This document shows positions 41,601 to 52,538 of a stretch of DNA of 64,000 nucleotides, in pieces; position 1 is the stretch's first letter; each line of letters starts with the position of its first letter. The DNA is from an uncultured delta proteobacterium (GTDB lineage: Bacteria; Desulfobacterota; Desulfobacteria; Desulfobacterales; JAFDCJ01). The notes under the pieces are model-generated. The model ran no database searches, was not told the DNA's origin, and saw only the letters and a program-made list of their open reading frames with translations. The stretch is from the NCBI GenBank assembly GCA_963769935.1, contig CAVYNY010000021.1, forward strand, positions 97,331 to 161,330, in the 5' to 3' direction. The translations under genes and the position numbers were made by a program.

Positions 41601-44600
41601 CAACTCTTTGATTTGCTGCTTAATTATGGCCTGAAGGTTTTTGCCGGCGTCTTCATTATCAGGCTCCAACGCAAGAACCCGCTCGTAGAAATCTTTGGCA
41701 TCTTCAAGTTTTTTAAGCGCCACGCAAATATGCCCGGTTATCAGCAGGCCCTCAACATTATCGGGATGTGTTTCCAGGATACCCAAATAAATTTGCAGAG
41801 CCTCTTCCATCTTCCCTAGTTCGACGAACAAAAAGTCGGCCAGGATTTTCTGGAGTATCATATTTTGAGGTCGCAGGCGGGCGGCCTGTTGATAGTGGTG
41901 CAAGGCTTTTTCTTTATCGCCGGTATTGCCGCACAAAACAGCGAGATCACTGTGTCCGGCCGCAAAGTCCGGATAGCGTTCAACCAGGCCTTCAAACTCT
42001 ATAATGGCTTCCGCTGGGGTTAGGATATTCAACTTTTCTTGAATTTTGCGGTAGGCGTCTTCGGCCGATTCCGAGCTCAAACTTGCCTCTGCAAATCGTT
42101 TTTCCATTTCTTCTATTTGATTGCGGGCATCTGCATTCCAGGGCTCGATTTCAAGTACTTGCTTAAAAAAGTGTTCGGCGTCCTCGAATTTTTCCAATGC
42201 TTTGCAAATCTGCCCGGTCGCCAACAGCGTTTCAATATCCTGAGGATCGGTTTTCAGGATGCTGACGTAGATTTGAAGGGCATCTTCAATCCGGCCCAGT
42301 TCCACACAATAAAAGTCCGCCAGGTTCTTTTGAAAGTTAATATTGTCGGGCATCAATTCAACGGCGCGTTCATAACAACGCTGCGCTTTTTCTTTGTCAC
42401 CCGTATGGTAAAAAAGCACGCCCAGATCATTGTGGGCCGCCGCAAATTCCGGAAAACGTTGCAATAAATTTTCCAATGATGCGATGGACCTGTGCGGGTC
42501 TCCGTTGTTCAAAAACGGCTGGATTTCCTGATACATTTCCTCCGGAGATTTAAGCTCTGGTCGAATGGATTGCATTTGATCCAACTTTACAAGGTTATTG
42601 CGCGCATCTTCATTCCACGCTTCAAGTTCAAGCACTCGCCGGTAAAAAACTTTGGCATCCTCAAATTTATGAAGTGATACACAGATATGACCGGTGATCA
42701 GCAGAGTCTCGACATCACCGGGATTGGCTTCCAGGAGTTTTACATAGATTTGCAGGGCATCTTCCACCCTGCCCATTTCCACATAATAAAAATCCGCCAG
42801 ATTTTTTTGAAATACCATGTTTTCCGGATCAAGCCGCACGGCCTTTTCATAGAATTGATGCGCTTTTTCTCTATTGTCAGTCTGATAGTATAAAGCGCCC
42901 AGGTCGTTGTATGCCAACGCGAATTCAGGATGAGTTTTTACCAGCATTTCCAGCTCAATGATCACTGCCTGCGGTTGCTTATTTTCCATCCCGGTCTGGA
43001 TGTTTCGATAGATTGCCTCAGGGGATTTCATATAGCCGCTCCTTTGCTTAACTTGATCCCCTGATGAACGAACCTGCAGGCGTCTTATGATTTTACCGGA
43101 AGTTTTGGCTTTTTTATAAGTATTTAAAATTATATTGTTTTCTTCTCGTTGCTTTTCGCGGTTAGAATGTTCAATGCTACCCGGAGAACGCAAATACAAC
43201 CCCAGCCGAACCGGAAAATGCATAAACTTTCGAGTTTGAGAAATGCGCAGCCAAAATTCATAATCTCCCGAAGTCACAAATGACTCATCAAAATAGCCAT
43301 ATTCATCATGAACCTCTCTGCGCCACATCGGCTGAGGGCCTACGAAGCAACCTTTAGTCAGCAAATCTTCTCTGTTGAAGTTTAGCCAGTTAAAAACGCC
43401 CACCGGAGTGCAGTTTTCAAAAAGCTCGTTTTCAGTTTCAGTAATGATTAGATCTGCGTAAACTAGAGAAATCTCAGGGAGCGCCTCAAGCTTATTAACC
43501 ATAACTTCAAAAGCGTCCCTGCGGTGCCGGTCGTCTGTGTTGGCATTGGTAATATATTTGCCTTGCGCCGCCTTGATGCCTCTGTTCCATGCAGCATAGA
43601 CTGTTTCACGCTGATTCGTTTTTATGTATTTTATATTTGAATATTTTCCCTGAAATTCTTTAATAATCTTCTCTTCATTCTGCTGCGATCCACTCTTAAT
43701 GACGATTATTTCTAGTCTGTCAGCGATGGTTTGATTTTCAAGATCTTCCAGACAGCCCCGGATGAACCTTTCTGAATTGTAGGTTGAGACAATAGCTGAA
43801 ACAAGATATCTGTTTGAGTTAGAATGCTTTTCAGTTATCTTTCGCATGTTTTCAATTTCAATTCGGCGAGATGGCGAGGAATTGGATTCGAGCTGGTGCT
43901 GGACGCCTTCGATAATCTTATATAATTTATTCGAAAAATCACGTGCTGTGTACGAGTTGACCCTTTGAAAGCCCTTTTGAACTAAATCATCTCTTAAGGC
44001 TTTATCTGACCATATCTTCAGAACGCCATTGGCTATTGCAGAGGAATTCTTGGGGTCAACGAGTAAGCCGGCATCGCCAATCTGTTCCCGAATGCCACGA
44101 ATGTCGGATGTAATGACAGGGCAGCCAAATGCCCAGGCCTCCAAAACCGGGATGTTGGTAGGTCCAAAAAATGTGGGCATTACGAGAGCCTTGGACAGGT
44201 CATATAGCATCGGCATATCTTCGTCAGAAACATAGCCGAGATGTCGGACCAGATCCTGCACGCCCAGTTGCTCGGCCAAAATCATCGCATTTTTATAAAC
44301 AACCTCGCGGGCCTCCTCCTTTAATCCGACAGAATTTGAGCCGACGAGAACAAGGGGTGCATCTATCTCATAAACAACTCGCAGTCTTTGGATGGCATGA
44401 ATCAAGCGTGAGTGATTTTTATGAAGCCAGAATTGGGCAGGATAAAACAGGAAATCTTCCGGCAGTTTGTATTTTTTCTTGATCAGCTGCCGACCGGCTT
44501 CGGTTATCTCTGTTCCATCCGGGCGGTAAAAAGGCAAAAACGGCAGCTGATGGATCCGATCCGGCGCAATAAAATCCCCGTAAAAATTTAAAACATCTTC

Positions 44601-45104
44601 TTTTCCTACTTCAGAATCCGTTAGTATGGCTTCCGCAAATTTTGAACCGTTGCGAAAAAGATATTCCCTTGATTTCCAGATGTTTCCTGCTGATACTTCC
44701 GGAAATTCGGGCTGGAGACGGTGTTGCAAATCGTGAATTGCCATAATATACGGCATGCCCCATTCGAAGGAAAGGCTGACAGGAGCTGGAAATATCAATA
44801 AATCGATTCGATGTTCTTTAAAAAACTTTTCTGCTTCAGGATTAATGCCCGACTGCTTCAAATCTAAACCATCGCCGCAAAGATAGGCCTCAGCATTTTT
44901 GCTGTATGCCATTCGGGGATCTATTGTTACGTTACTCCAATTTGGTGCTGTAAATTCTGCTATAGGGAATTCGTTTTCAGTAAATTTGATAGTAACAAAT
45001 TCATGATCTGTATTCCAATTATAGAGTGCCTTCAATATGGAAGAAGAATACTGATATATTCCCCCACTATTTTTTGTAACAGAAATAAAAATTCCAATTT
45101 TCAT
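38646..45104 (-). CDS. Giant multidomain glycosyltransferase GT4-GT2-TPR-GT2-TPR-GT2-TPR (~2150 aa; three apparent frameshifts near 41005, 40810 and 39945)
   Basis: GT4: FYPAQFWLHKNH, PTFFGPTNIPVLEAW; GT2: VSAIVSTYN...NANTDD; TPR arrays; a GT2-like domain continuing across the shift (CLAFRRDLIDNIGNFDELF); GT2 SLCMIIKDEEKYLARCL, DTGSTD, LDGDE. Confidence 0.8.
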
Positions 45105-45117
45105 ATAGCTTTCCTAT

Positions 45118-45903
45118 TCAGATCGCACGTGAAATTGTCACCACGCTCCAGTTCGATTCATTTACTTCTTTTTCCAGATCGGCAAATGGACAGAAATGCT
45201 CTGGACTAAACCGTGCTTGATTTAGGTAAAACTCAATTTCCGGTTTGAAAATGAACCGCATTGAATGGCTTTCATGGATTTCTTTAGCCAAACGGTCACC
45301 ACTCAGCTGAATGATGTCGTAGTTAACATTTACAACATGTCTTTGCGTATCGATATCGGGCTTAACGATACGAATAATGCGGTCATTTCCGTCCAGTACC
45401 ATTTTTACCCTTTCTTCCGGCCGTTGTTTTAAAGTCGCCGGGCCGTACCAAAAATCACTGATAAACAAACCGCCGCGCTTGATGTGCCTGCGAGCTGCAC
45501 AAATTGTGGAAAACAAATCATCATTTGATATCTGGTAGCTCAACACTGCAAACATACAAATCACAGTGTCAAACGTTTGATTTATTTTAAGATCCTGAGC
45601 ACTTGAAGTTTCAAACTTTATGTTATCGAGCAGGTTGGCTGTTTTCGCTTTTTTACGAGCAATGGCAAGCATCTGATCTGAACGGTCGACTCCGAAGATC
45701 TGATATCCCCTGTGAGCCAATGGGATTGCATGTCCTCCGGTTCCACAGCCTAAATCCAATATGCTTTGAACCTTTCCCTGACAGAAACGCCTAAAAATAT
45801 TTTCCAAAAAATCGCACTCGGATTCATAATCCTTGTCATAATAAAGCATATCATAAACATTCGCATATTCCTGAAAAATATCCGCTTTTGTCTCCTGTAA
45901 CAC
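45118..45903 (-). CDS. Class I SAM-dependent methyltransferase
   Basis: YDMLYYDKDY, ILDLGCGTGGH, FDTVICMF, DFWYGPA. Confidence 0.9.
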   Translation of the reverse strand: MLQETKADIFQEYANVYDMLYYDKDYESECDFLENIFRRFCQGKVQSILDLGCGTGGHAIPLAHRGYQIFGVDRSDQMLAIARKKAKTANLLDNIKFETSSAQDLKINQTFDTVICMFAVLSYQISNDDLFSTICAARRHIKRGGLFISDFWYGPATLKQRPEERVKMVLDGNDRIIRIVKPDIDTQRHVVNVNYDIIQLSGDRLAKEIHESHSMRFIFKPEIEFYLNQARFSPEHFCPFADLEKEVNESNWSVVTISRAI

Positions 45904-45918
45904 TCTTTTCCCCTTTCA

Positions 45919-47025
45919 TTACCTTAAGGCTTTCCGAACCGCATCGCACACTTTGTGGATCTCGGAATCCTGTATCGTTAATCCTGTCGGAATGTAAAGA
46001 CCCTGACGGGCCAATCGTTCGGCAATCGGATATCTTTCATTAACAAACAACCCCATCTTATGAAAGGCGGGCTGTTCATGCATCCCCAAGAAAAATGGGC
46101 GGGTATCGACACCTTGCTCAAATAGGCGTTTTGAAAATCGCTTGGCGTCTAGTCCAGTGCTTTCTTTCAGGACAATTCCATAGACCCAATACACACTTTT
46201 TGCCCACGGTTCCTCAACCGGTAACAAAATTTCAGGCACATCTTTAAGGCGTTCTGTATAGGTCATAGCAATAGAGCGCTTTCGATCTATTATCTGTTCA
46301 ATCCTTTCTATTTGCGCCAGACCTAAGGCTGCCTGTATGTTGGTCATCCGGAAATTATGCCCCAGTTCATCATGTAAAAAACGCCGCTTTTTTTGAAAAC
46401 AAAGGTTGCGAAAAGAGCCTGCCCTCTCTGCAAGCGCATTACTTTGGGTTAAAACCATGCCGCCTTCGCCCGTAGTAATTAACTTATTTGCATAAAAGCT
46501 AAAAACGCTTATATGACCAAGGCTTCCACATTTTTTTCCTTTGTACTCGGCGCCGTGAACTTCGGCAGCATCCTCAATGACAGTCAATCCCCTATCTTTG
46601 GCTATCTTCATAAGGGAGTCCATATTAACAGGATGTCCGTAAATATGAACAGCCATTATGGCACGTGTTTTCGCTGTAATTTTTGATTCGATTTGGCTGA
46701 CATCCATTTGCCAGTTCACAGGATCACTATCTACCAGCACCGGAACACCTCCACATTCTTTAACAGCTTGAGCACATGAAATAATTGTGAAAGTGGGCAT
46801 GATCACTTCATCCCCAGGTTTAAGGTCCAGCAATCTCGTAGCAATCAACAACGCCGCGGTACCGCTGCTGACCGCAACGCCATGCTTCATGCCGCAATAG
46901 TCCGCCCAGCCTCTTTCAAATCTGTCCAAATATTTACCGGCCGAAGAAACCCAACCTGTTCGCAAACAATCCAAGACAAATTCTTTTTCATTTCCGCTAA
47001 AGAGCGGCTCATAAACAGGGATCAT
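45919..47025 (-). CDS. DegT/DnrJ-family PLP aminotransferase, GDP-perosamine-synthase-like
   Basis: GWVSSAG, SSGTAAL, IEDAAE, FSFYANKLITTGEGGM, NFRMTNIQAALG. Confidence 0.92.
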   Translation of the reverse strand: MIPVYEPLFSGNEKEFVLDCLRTGWVSSAGKYLDRFERGWADYCGMKHGVAVSSGTAALLIATRLLDLKPGDEVIMPTFTIISCAQAVKECGGVPVLVDSDPVNWQMDVSQIESKITAKTRAIMAVHIYGHPVNMDSLMKIAKDRGLTVIEDAAEVHGAEYKGKKCGSLGHISVFSFYANKLITTGEGGMVLTQSNALAERAGSFRNLCFQKKRRFLHDELGHNFRMTNIQAALGLAQIERIEQIIDRKRSIAMTYTERLKDVPEILLPVEEPWAKSVYWVYGIVLKESTGLDAKRFSKRLFEQGVDTRPFFLGMHEQPAFHKMGLFVNERYPIAERLARQGLYIPTGLTIQDSEIHKVCDAVRKALR

Positions 47026-47486
47026 TAGAAATGCTCTTTCTCAATTAGACCGGTGTAAGGTCCTTGCTTGATTTCAAGCAAAACGGTATCTTCCATACAC
47101 CGGCACCGATGGCCACCGGCTACCAGTAAGATCAAATCTCCTTTACCTAATTTCCATGTCCCAAGCAATTTTCTGTCAAACGCGTATAAATCGACCTCCA
47201 CTAGCCCTTTACGCACCAATAATGACTCGGGCGTTCCTACAAGGTGTCTCTGTAATGGAAGGTGAAAATGTCGCTTCACCTCTCCGCCTTGTGGGTAAAC
47301 CACAAATCCGGCCTGTTGATAATAACTGTCAGGTGTAATAAAAGTTGTTTTGATAGGAGTATAGTTATCTCGAATTATGGTGGCGATGTGCTGATCATGC
47401 CATGTGATATGCTCAACAAGATCGGTATTGTCCAGCGTATCTATAAAATAATCTTCAGCAGCATCCTTTAAATTAATTTCTCCCAT
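47025..47486 (-). CDS. Cupin-fold protein (probable sugar-nucleotide isomerase/accessory protein)
   Basis: RHFHLP...ESLLVRKG...GDLILLVAGGH...LEIKQGPY; stop overlaps the aminotransferase start. Confidence 0.7.
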   Translation of the reverse strand: MGEINLKDAAEDYFIDTLDNTDLVEHITWHDQHIATIIRDNYTPIKTTFITPDSYYQQAGFVVYPQGGEVKRHFHLPLQRHLVGTPESLLVRKGLVEVDLYAFDRKLLGTWKLGKGDLILLVAGGHRCRCMEDTVLLEIKQGPYTGLIEKEHF

Positions 47487-47539
47487 TTTAACAAATCCTC
47501 GGTTGCTGGTTGCATTGCAATTTATATTGAATTCGTCCT

Positions 47540-50500
47540 TTACCTGATGCAGCAGATCATTTTTCTCGGCGTCGGCGTTGAGTTCATTACCGCTATTTGA
47601 GAAAAATATCTCCTTAGCTCAGTAACAAAATTCTCCAGTGTGTACCATCTAAAATTCTCGTTCCACCAGTTACTGACGAATTTATCTTCCTTTGGTTGAA
47701 ATTCAATAACTAGCCGATTTTTTACGAAAGGGTTGATTTTTTCGACTACTTGCTTGAAATTTAAATTCTGCTTAAACACAAGGTGATGGACGATTGCAAA
47801 TGCAAGTACGGTATCGCATTGAAACCTGCTTTCAGCGGAAAGTGAGTCAATTGGAAGCCCTTTATAAATGTATGGCGGCGTCGGTCTAGTAATATCCATC
47901 ACGAGAGGCAGAATCCAGTAGTGATATTTTGATGCATCATCGTATAACTTTATCAAACATCCTTCATCTACATCGAAAGCAACTACCTTGCTCCCCAGGT
48001 GAGCTGCAAGTTGGGCATACCAGCTTCTATTGCTTCCAATATCAAGTACAGAATTATGCCTGTCGGCTATCAATATATTGTAGATGTTTTTGTTTCTTTC
48101 TGGCCAGTCTTCTTTATAATTAAAATCAAATTTTATTTCGTCATTGTAATCAGACCAGTCAGTCTTTTTTAGGTTAAAATCTATTCGTTCAATTTGATTT
48201 CGCAATCTATTCAGAAATTCCAACCTTTCATTAATTGTTCTTATCGGAGAATTTGAGAGCTTAAATTCTATTTCTTCAATAAATTGCTTTGGGATGTATT
48301 CAATAATCTCATTTCTTGATATCTCCAAATACCTACCTTTTTTTGCGTATCTATAACCATCCTCTGAAAGCTGTCTCAGCAATAAGGGATATAGAAAATA
48401 CTCACCGAATTGCTGATACCACCCTCCCCGTATTCCATTGTCCGCAGAAAAAGGAATTATCGAAGAAAAATCTATGAATATTGAATCTGTGCCATCAAAC
48501 ATTATGTTTTGATTATGAGCATCCATGGTTTGAAGCCCAAATTTTCCAAGTGCGATATTAAGATTTAGTACTTCCAAAGCGGCTAATTTAAGCATTTTGA
48601 TCGGCCATTCAAAGCTGAAAGATCTGAACGGCAGTTTTCTGTGCTTTAGTACTAAATCAAACCCTTCAAGATTCAGGGGAGATATTTCAGTATCGATAAG
48701 ACCGGCATTGACTAAATTGATAATGATCTTTTTTGCGAACATTTCTTTATAAAGATTCGCACGTTCTCCTTTTATTCCACGATAAACCTGTCCCTCAAAC
48801 CAGAAGACTTTACTATCCCAATGACCATTTGAGCTTGGATCAAACGTAATTTCATTTACCGTGAGTGTTTTATTAACCATTTGTTGCCAGCTATTTTTAC
48901 TTCCTCCGACCTCAACCGATTGCACACATAGCTCCAATCTGGTTAAATCGCTTTCAGTGCCACTTTTGTTTTTTGGTACTATCTCATTCGATCCCTTTTT
49001 TACATGTTCCCTTATAGTATGTGCTAGCGCTCGCAATTTTGCTCGTTGTGAATACCCACAGGTGCATCCTGTGCACTTTCTTAAAAGCATTGCTTTTAAT
49101 TCTGAGCGATATTTAGAGGAGTGCAAAAGCTTGCTTAAGGAATCTTTCGCTGCATTTCCTACGATCGGTAGAGACATGCATGCAGGGTAAAGATTTCCAG
49201 AGGCGTCAAGATATATTTCATTGAAACCCAGCGTGCATGGAATATTTTCTTCATTTCTTGAGTCTATAAAATAATCCCTGATATAATTGATGTCTTCTGC
49301 TTTAATCATGCTTGTTTGGGGGTAAAGTGTACACACATGTTTTAGTATTCTTGTTGTTTTCTCAATGTCTGCTAAACTATTGATTCGAGTTGAGTCGATA
49401 TCGATTCCTTTGAAATGAAATCTCCTATTTTCAAGAATATTTACAAACCATTGCGCCTTGAGGTTGTAGGATAGAGCGGCTATGTACTCAAGCTCATCTA
49501 TGTTGTGCTTCATTAAATTGGTTAACAACAGCAGAGGCTTGCCAGACTCTGAAATCAACCTACAGACAGATATCACTTTATCGTACCAATCTACTCCTCT
49601 AATAAATTTGTAGGAATCACGCATCCCATCGAGTGAAATATGAAAGCTGTTTATACCACTATCAATAAGCTCAGAGATTCTGTCTCTATTTAGAAGGAAT
49701 CCATTCGTGCTCAGCAGAATCGTTGAAAATCCTAATTCTTTAGCGCAAGCCGCCAATTCGGTTAAATCATTTCTGATAAGCGGCTCACCTCCAACAAACT
49801 TGACAGATTTTATCCCGTTTGCACGAATTTTTTTTAAAATATTTGTCCAGGAAGCCGTATCTAGCTCATGTACTCTATCTTTATTCTTCCACGATGTACA
49901 GGTAATACAACGACTGTTGCATAAATCCGTAATATATATGACCGCGCTGCTTAATTGGAGATCTATTTCATTGACCCAACTCACATCATTAGTTTCGCCG
50001 TTGTATAGCGAAATGGCTAACTCTTGAAAATTTGATGATTCTTGGCAATTTTTTTCTTCCATCGATTTTGTTTTTTTGTATCCAGCATTCGAAAATTTAT
50101 TAGACATTTCTATAGTTTTGGCACTTGAACCTGGATACTTTTGAACTGTTGTCCAATATATCGAATCCAATCGTCTTCCAGGCATAGACTCTATCGGTCG
50201 AACTATCTCTTGGACAGCTCTCTGAATTCCCTCTGCCCAGCCGTAATCATGGAAGACAATTGTACCGTTATGCTTCATTTTTGGAAGCCATGCCCTGATG
50301 TCTTTTTTGCATCCTTCATAGGAATGGTCTGCATCTATAAACAATAAATCAATATCCCTTTCAAAATTTGAAGCGACCTTAACCGATTCTCCCCTCATTG
50401 GAGTAATGCAATCTTTATAAGGAATTGTATTATTATAGAATTCATGAAACGTATCACGGTTTGCTTCGGACATGGCATCATTCTGCCAGGTATCTACACA

Positions 50501-52054
50501 ATAGATTTTTATAAAACGATCCGCTGCCCCGTCCGCCAAAAAACAAGAGCTCGCACCTATGTAGCTGCCGATTTCGACGATAACACCTTTTGTAGTTACC
50601 TGTTTGGCTAGCTTTAAGAGTAGCAATCGCTCATCGAAGGTAAGTTTCGTCGGAATAGCAAGTATCTTTTCTAATGCTTCTGCTTGTTTTAGATTTCTCA
50701 GCATTTCTTTGATGGATTCTAAATCCGGTCGTGCTGCCAATTCTGCTTGAAAAGCACTCTCCGCTTCTCGCAATCTTCCTATGCTTTGCAGACACCTGGC
50801 GCGCATATACTGTAATCCGCTGATTCTAGGAAATAAATACATCGCTTCGTCAAATTTTTGCAATGCATCAGAAAACAAGCATTTGCCAAATAGCCTGTTA
50901 CCGAAGCCAATAATCCGAATAGCCCGATTTTGAAAGTTAAAATCTACTTCATTGCCATTATTGATATTATTATTATGCTGTTTTTGATGTGCAGATGTTG
51001 AAGGTTGCATGGTCTTTCTTTCTGCCGTTGATTCACCAAAAGAAAAATATGTATCCTTAATGATGTATGCTAAAAGTTTTGAATCAGATTTCACGCGATG
51101 CTCATGATAAAGCCAACCTTGGTTGTAGCTTAAGGTTACACATGCATGGATATCAGAGACAGATTCAGCTTCAATTTTCAAGCCACCCTCTATCATAGCT
51201 GCTATAAATTTCTCGTCCATTTGCGCGGATATACCTGGGCGATTTGAAGGTGCTTCTGCTAATCGATGTCTTCTGATTTGCGTATAAGAATCCGAAATGC
51301 CTTGGCAGAACGATCGCCAACAGAAATAATTTGGAGTTGTTCTATTATCTGGAATCGTATGTTTAACAATGGCTCCAGGATGGTAAACAGATCGATATCC
51401 GTTTTTCATTATTTCAAAAGTTAGCCCATATTCTCCGTCTCCCCGGAGATGAATTAGTTTTCTTGGAAATGCATCCGGATGAAAGCCTTTGCATTCTCGT
51501 AAAATAGTTTTGCGTATTGAGAAATTGGCCCCAAATATATAATTCCCAGGAATGTCCTTTAACTCCTCTCCTAAATTAATGAGGGATAAGTAAAAAATCC
51601 ATGATCCGACCTTATCATGCACCCAGAATGTATCTATCCAGTTAGGCGGTGAACTTAGAAACTTTGGAATGATTTTACCGCCTACAAGAGCCACCTGTGG
51701 ATCGCAAAATGCTTCGTAAATCGACTGCAGCCATCCAGAGCATGCTATAATGTCGTCATCACAAAATACAAGTACGTCTCCGCGGGCTTCTTTGACACCC
51801 CTATGTCTTCCATGAACCAATCCGAGTCGTGGCTCACATACGTAACGAAGTTTATAGCCGTTGGACCGCACTTTATCTGCAACTATCTCTGAAGTCTTAT
51901 CGGTAGAATTATTATCAACAACAATTACTTCATAAGTAAACCCATCGGCTTTTTGCTCTAAAATACTTTCGATTGAGGACGACAGAAGTTCACTCCTGTT
52001 GTAAGTGGGAATGATAACTGATACAAGCAAATTTTTATCAAGATGTCGAATCAA
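47540..52054 (-). CDS. 1504-aa polyprotein: GT2 - TPR - methyltransferase (Methyltransf_24-like) - radical SAM/SPASM-like - kinase-like/class I methyltransferase
   Basis: VSVIIPTYNR, VVDNNSTD, FCDDD; VEIGSYIGAS, LLFIDADHSYEG, FHDY; CNSRCITC, FVGGEPL, STNG, ISLDG, CTLG..YLDASGNLYPAC, CTGCTC; DAHNQNIMF..FIDFSS; VLDIGSNRSWY. Confidence 0.88.
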   Translation of the reverse strand: MIRHLDKNLLVSVIIPTYNRSELLSSSIESILEQKADGFTYEVIVVDNNSTDKTSEIVADKVRSNGYKLRYVCEPRLGLVHGRHRGVKEARGDVLVFCDDDIIACSGWLQSIYEAFCDPQVALVGGKIIPKFLSSPPNWIDTFWVHDKVGSWIFYLSLINLGEELKDIPGNYIFGANFSIRKTILRECKGFHPDAFPRKLIHLRGDGEYGLTFEIMKNGYRSVYHPGAIVKHTIPDNRTTPNYFCWRSFCQGISDSYTQIRRHRLAEAPSNRPGISAQMDEKFIAAMIEGGLKIEAESVSDIHACVTLSYNQGWLYHEHRVKSDSKLLAYIIKDTYFSFGESTAERKTMQPSTSAHQKQHNNNINNGNEVDFNFQNRAIRIIGFGNRLFGKCLFSDALQKFDEAMYLFPRISGLQYMRARCLQSIGRLREAESAFQAELAARPDLESIKEMLRNLKQAEALEKILAIPTKLTFDERLLLLKLAKQVTTKGVIVEIGSYIGASSCFLADGAADRFIKIYCVDTWQNDAMSEANRDTFHEFYNNTIPYKDCITPMRGESVKVASNFERDIDLLFIDADHSYEGCKKDIRAWLPKMKHNGTIVFHDYGWAEGIQRAVQEIVRPIESMPGRRLDSIYWTTVQKYPGSSAKTIEMSNKFSNAGYKKTKSMEEKNCQESSNFQELAISLYNGETNDVSWVNEIDLQLSSAVIYITDLCNSRCITCTSWKNKDRVHELDTASWTNILKKIRANGIKSVKFVGGEPLIRNDLTELAACAKELGFSTILLSTNGFLLNRDRISELIDSGINSFHISLDGMRDSYKFIRGVDWYDKVISVCRLISESGKPLLLLTNLMKHNIDELEYIAALSYNLKAQWFVNILENRRFHFKGIDIDSTRINSLADIEKTTRILKHVCTLYPQTSMIKAEDINYIRDYFIDSRNEENIPCTLGFNEIYLDASGNLYPACMSLPIVGNAAKDSLSKLLHSSKYRSELKAMLLRKCTGCTCGYSQRAKLRALAHTIREHVKKGSNEIVPKNKSGTESDLTRLELCVQSVEVGGSKNSWQQMVNKTLTVNEITFDPSSNGHWDSKVFWFEGQVYRGIKGERANLYKEMFAKKIIINLVNAGLIDTEISPLNLEGFDLVLKHRKLPFRSFSFEWPIKMLKLAALEVLNLNIALGKFGLQTMDAHNQNIMFDGTDSIFIDFSSIIPFSADNGIRGGWYQQFGEYFLYPLLLRQLSEDGYRYAKKGRYLEISRNEIIEYIPKQFIEEIEFKLSNSPIRTINERLEFLNRLRNQIERIDFNLKKTDWSDYNDEIKFDFNYKEDWPERNKNIYNILIADRHNSVLDIGSNRSWYAQLAAHLGSKVVAFDVDEGCLIKLYDDASKYHYWILPLVMDITRPTPPYIYKGLPIDSLSAESRFQCDTVLAFAIVHHLVFKQNLNFKQVVEKINPFVKNRLVIEFQPKEDKFVSNWWNENFRWYTLENFVTELRRYFSQIAVMNSTPTPRKMICCIR

Positions 52055-52276
52055 ACTATCTCCTTAAAAATGGAGAGCTTTTCTGCCAATGCTCTATCGT
52101 GAGACCTCAGAAGTGAGGTTCTTGTTAACGACCGGCATTGCTCGAGCGTATAACAAATAAAATAAATTATATAAGTACCTATCTGGCAATATCGGTGCTG
52201 ATCAGGGTGAAACCGAGGTTATTAACCTTCCTTCTCAAATTTTTTGATAGGATTGAAATGATAAGTTTTTCCTGAA

Positions 52277-52291
52277 GCAATATATATGCCA
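52277..52291 (-). promoter_or_regulatory. Sigma54 promoter heading the minus-strand glycosylation genes
   Basis: TGGCAT-ATATA-TTGC, ~220 nt upstream of the 52054 start. Confidence 0.75.
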
Positions 52292-52473
52292 CTAAGTTAG
52301 ATTAAAAATTATATATAATATTAAGTTGTTATGACATGACGACTGCTGGCATATGCAAAAAAGTCAAATCCCTGACGTGCAGACTTGAAGAATTTTTCTA
52401 CCTGGATTCCAGGAAATGGCAGACAAAAGGTGGCAAGTCTGTGTGCTGTTGGAATTGCACATAATAAAAAGTC

Positions 52474-52501
52474 TAAAGATATTTGTGAATTTTGCCGATT
52501 A
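52474..52501 (+). promoter_or_regulatory. Probable sigma28 promoter of the TPR/Ig-like gene
   Basis: TAAA-N16-GCCGATTA, ~38 nt before ATG 52539. Confidence 0.6.
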
Positions 52502-52538
52502 TGGCTTTGAACAGGAGTTTATCTGGATAGGTACGAAT

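Noticed and set aside
52416..52538. Longer N-terminus for the TPR/Ig-like protein
   Set aside because: The extension spans the sigma28 promoter, so ATG 52539 fits better. The ORF-track extensions of flgB, flbT, fliQ and fliI were trimmed for similar promoter, terminator or overlap reasons.
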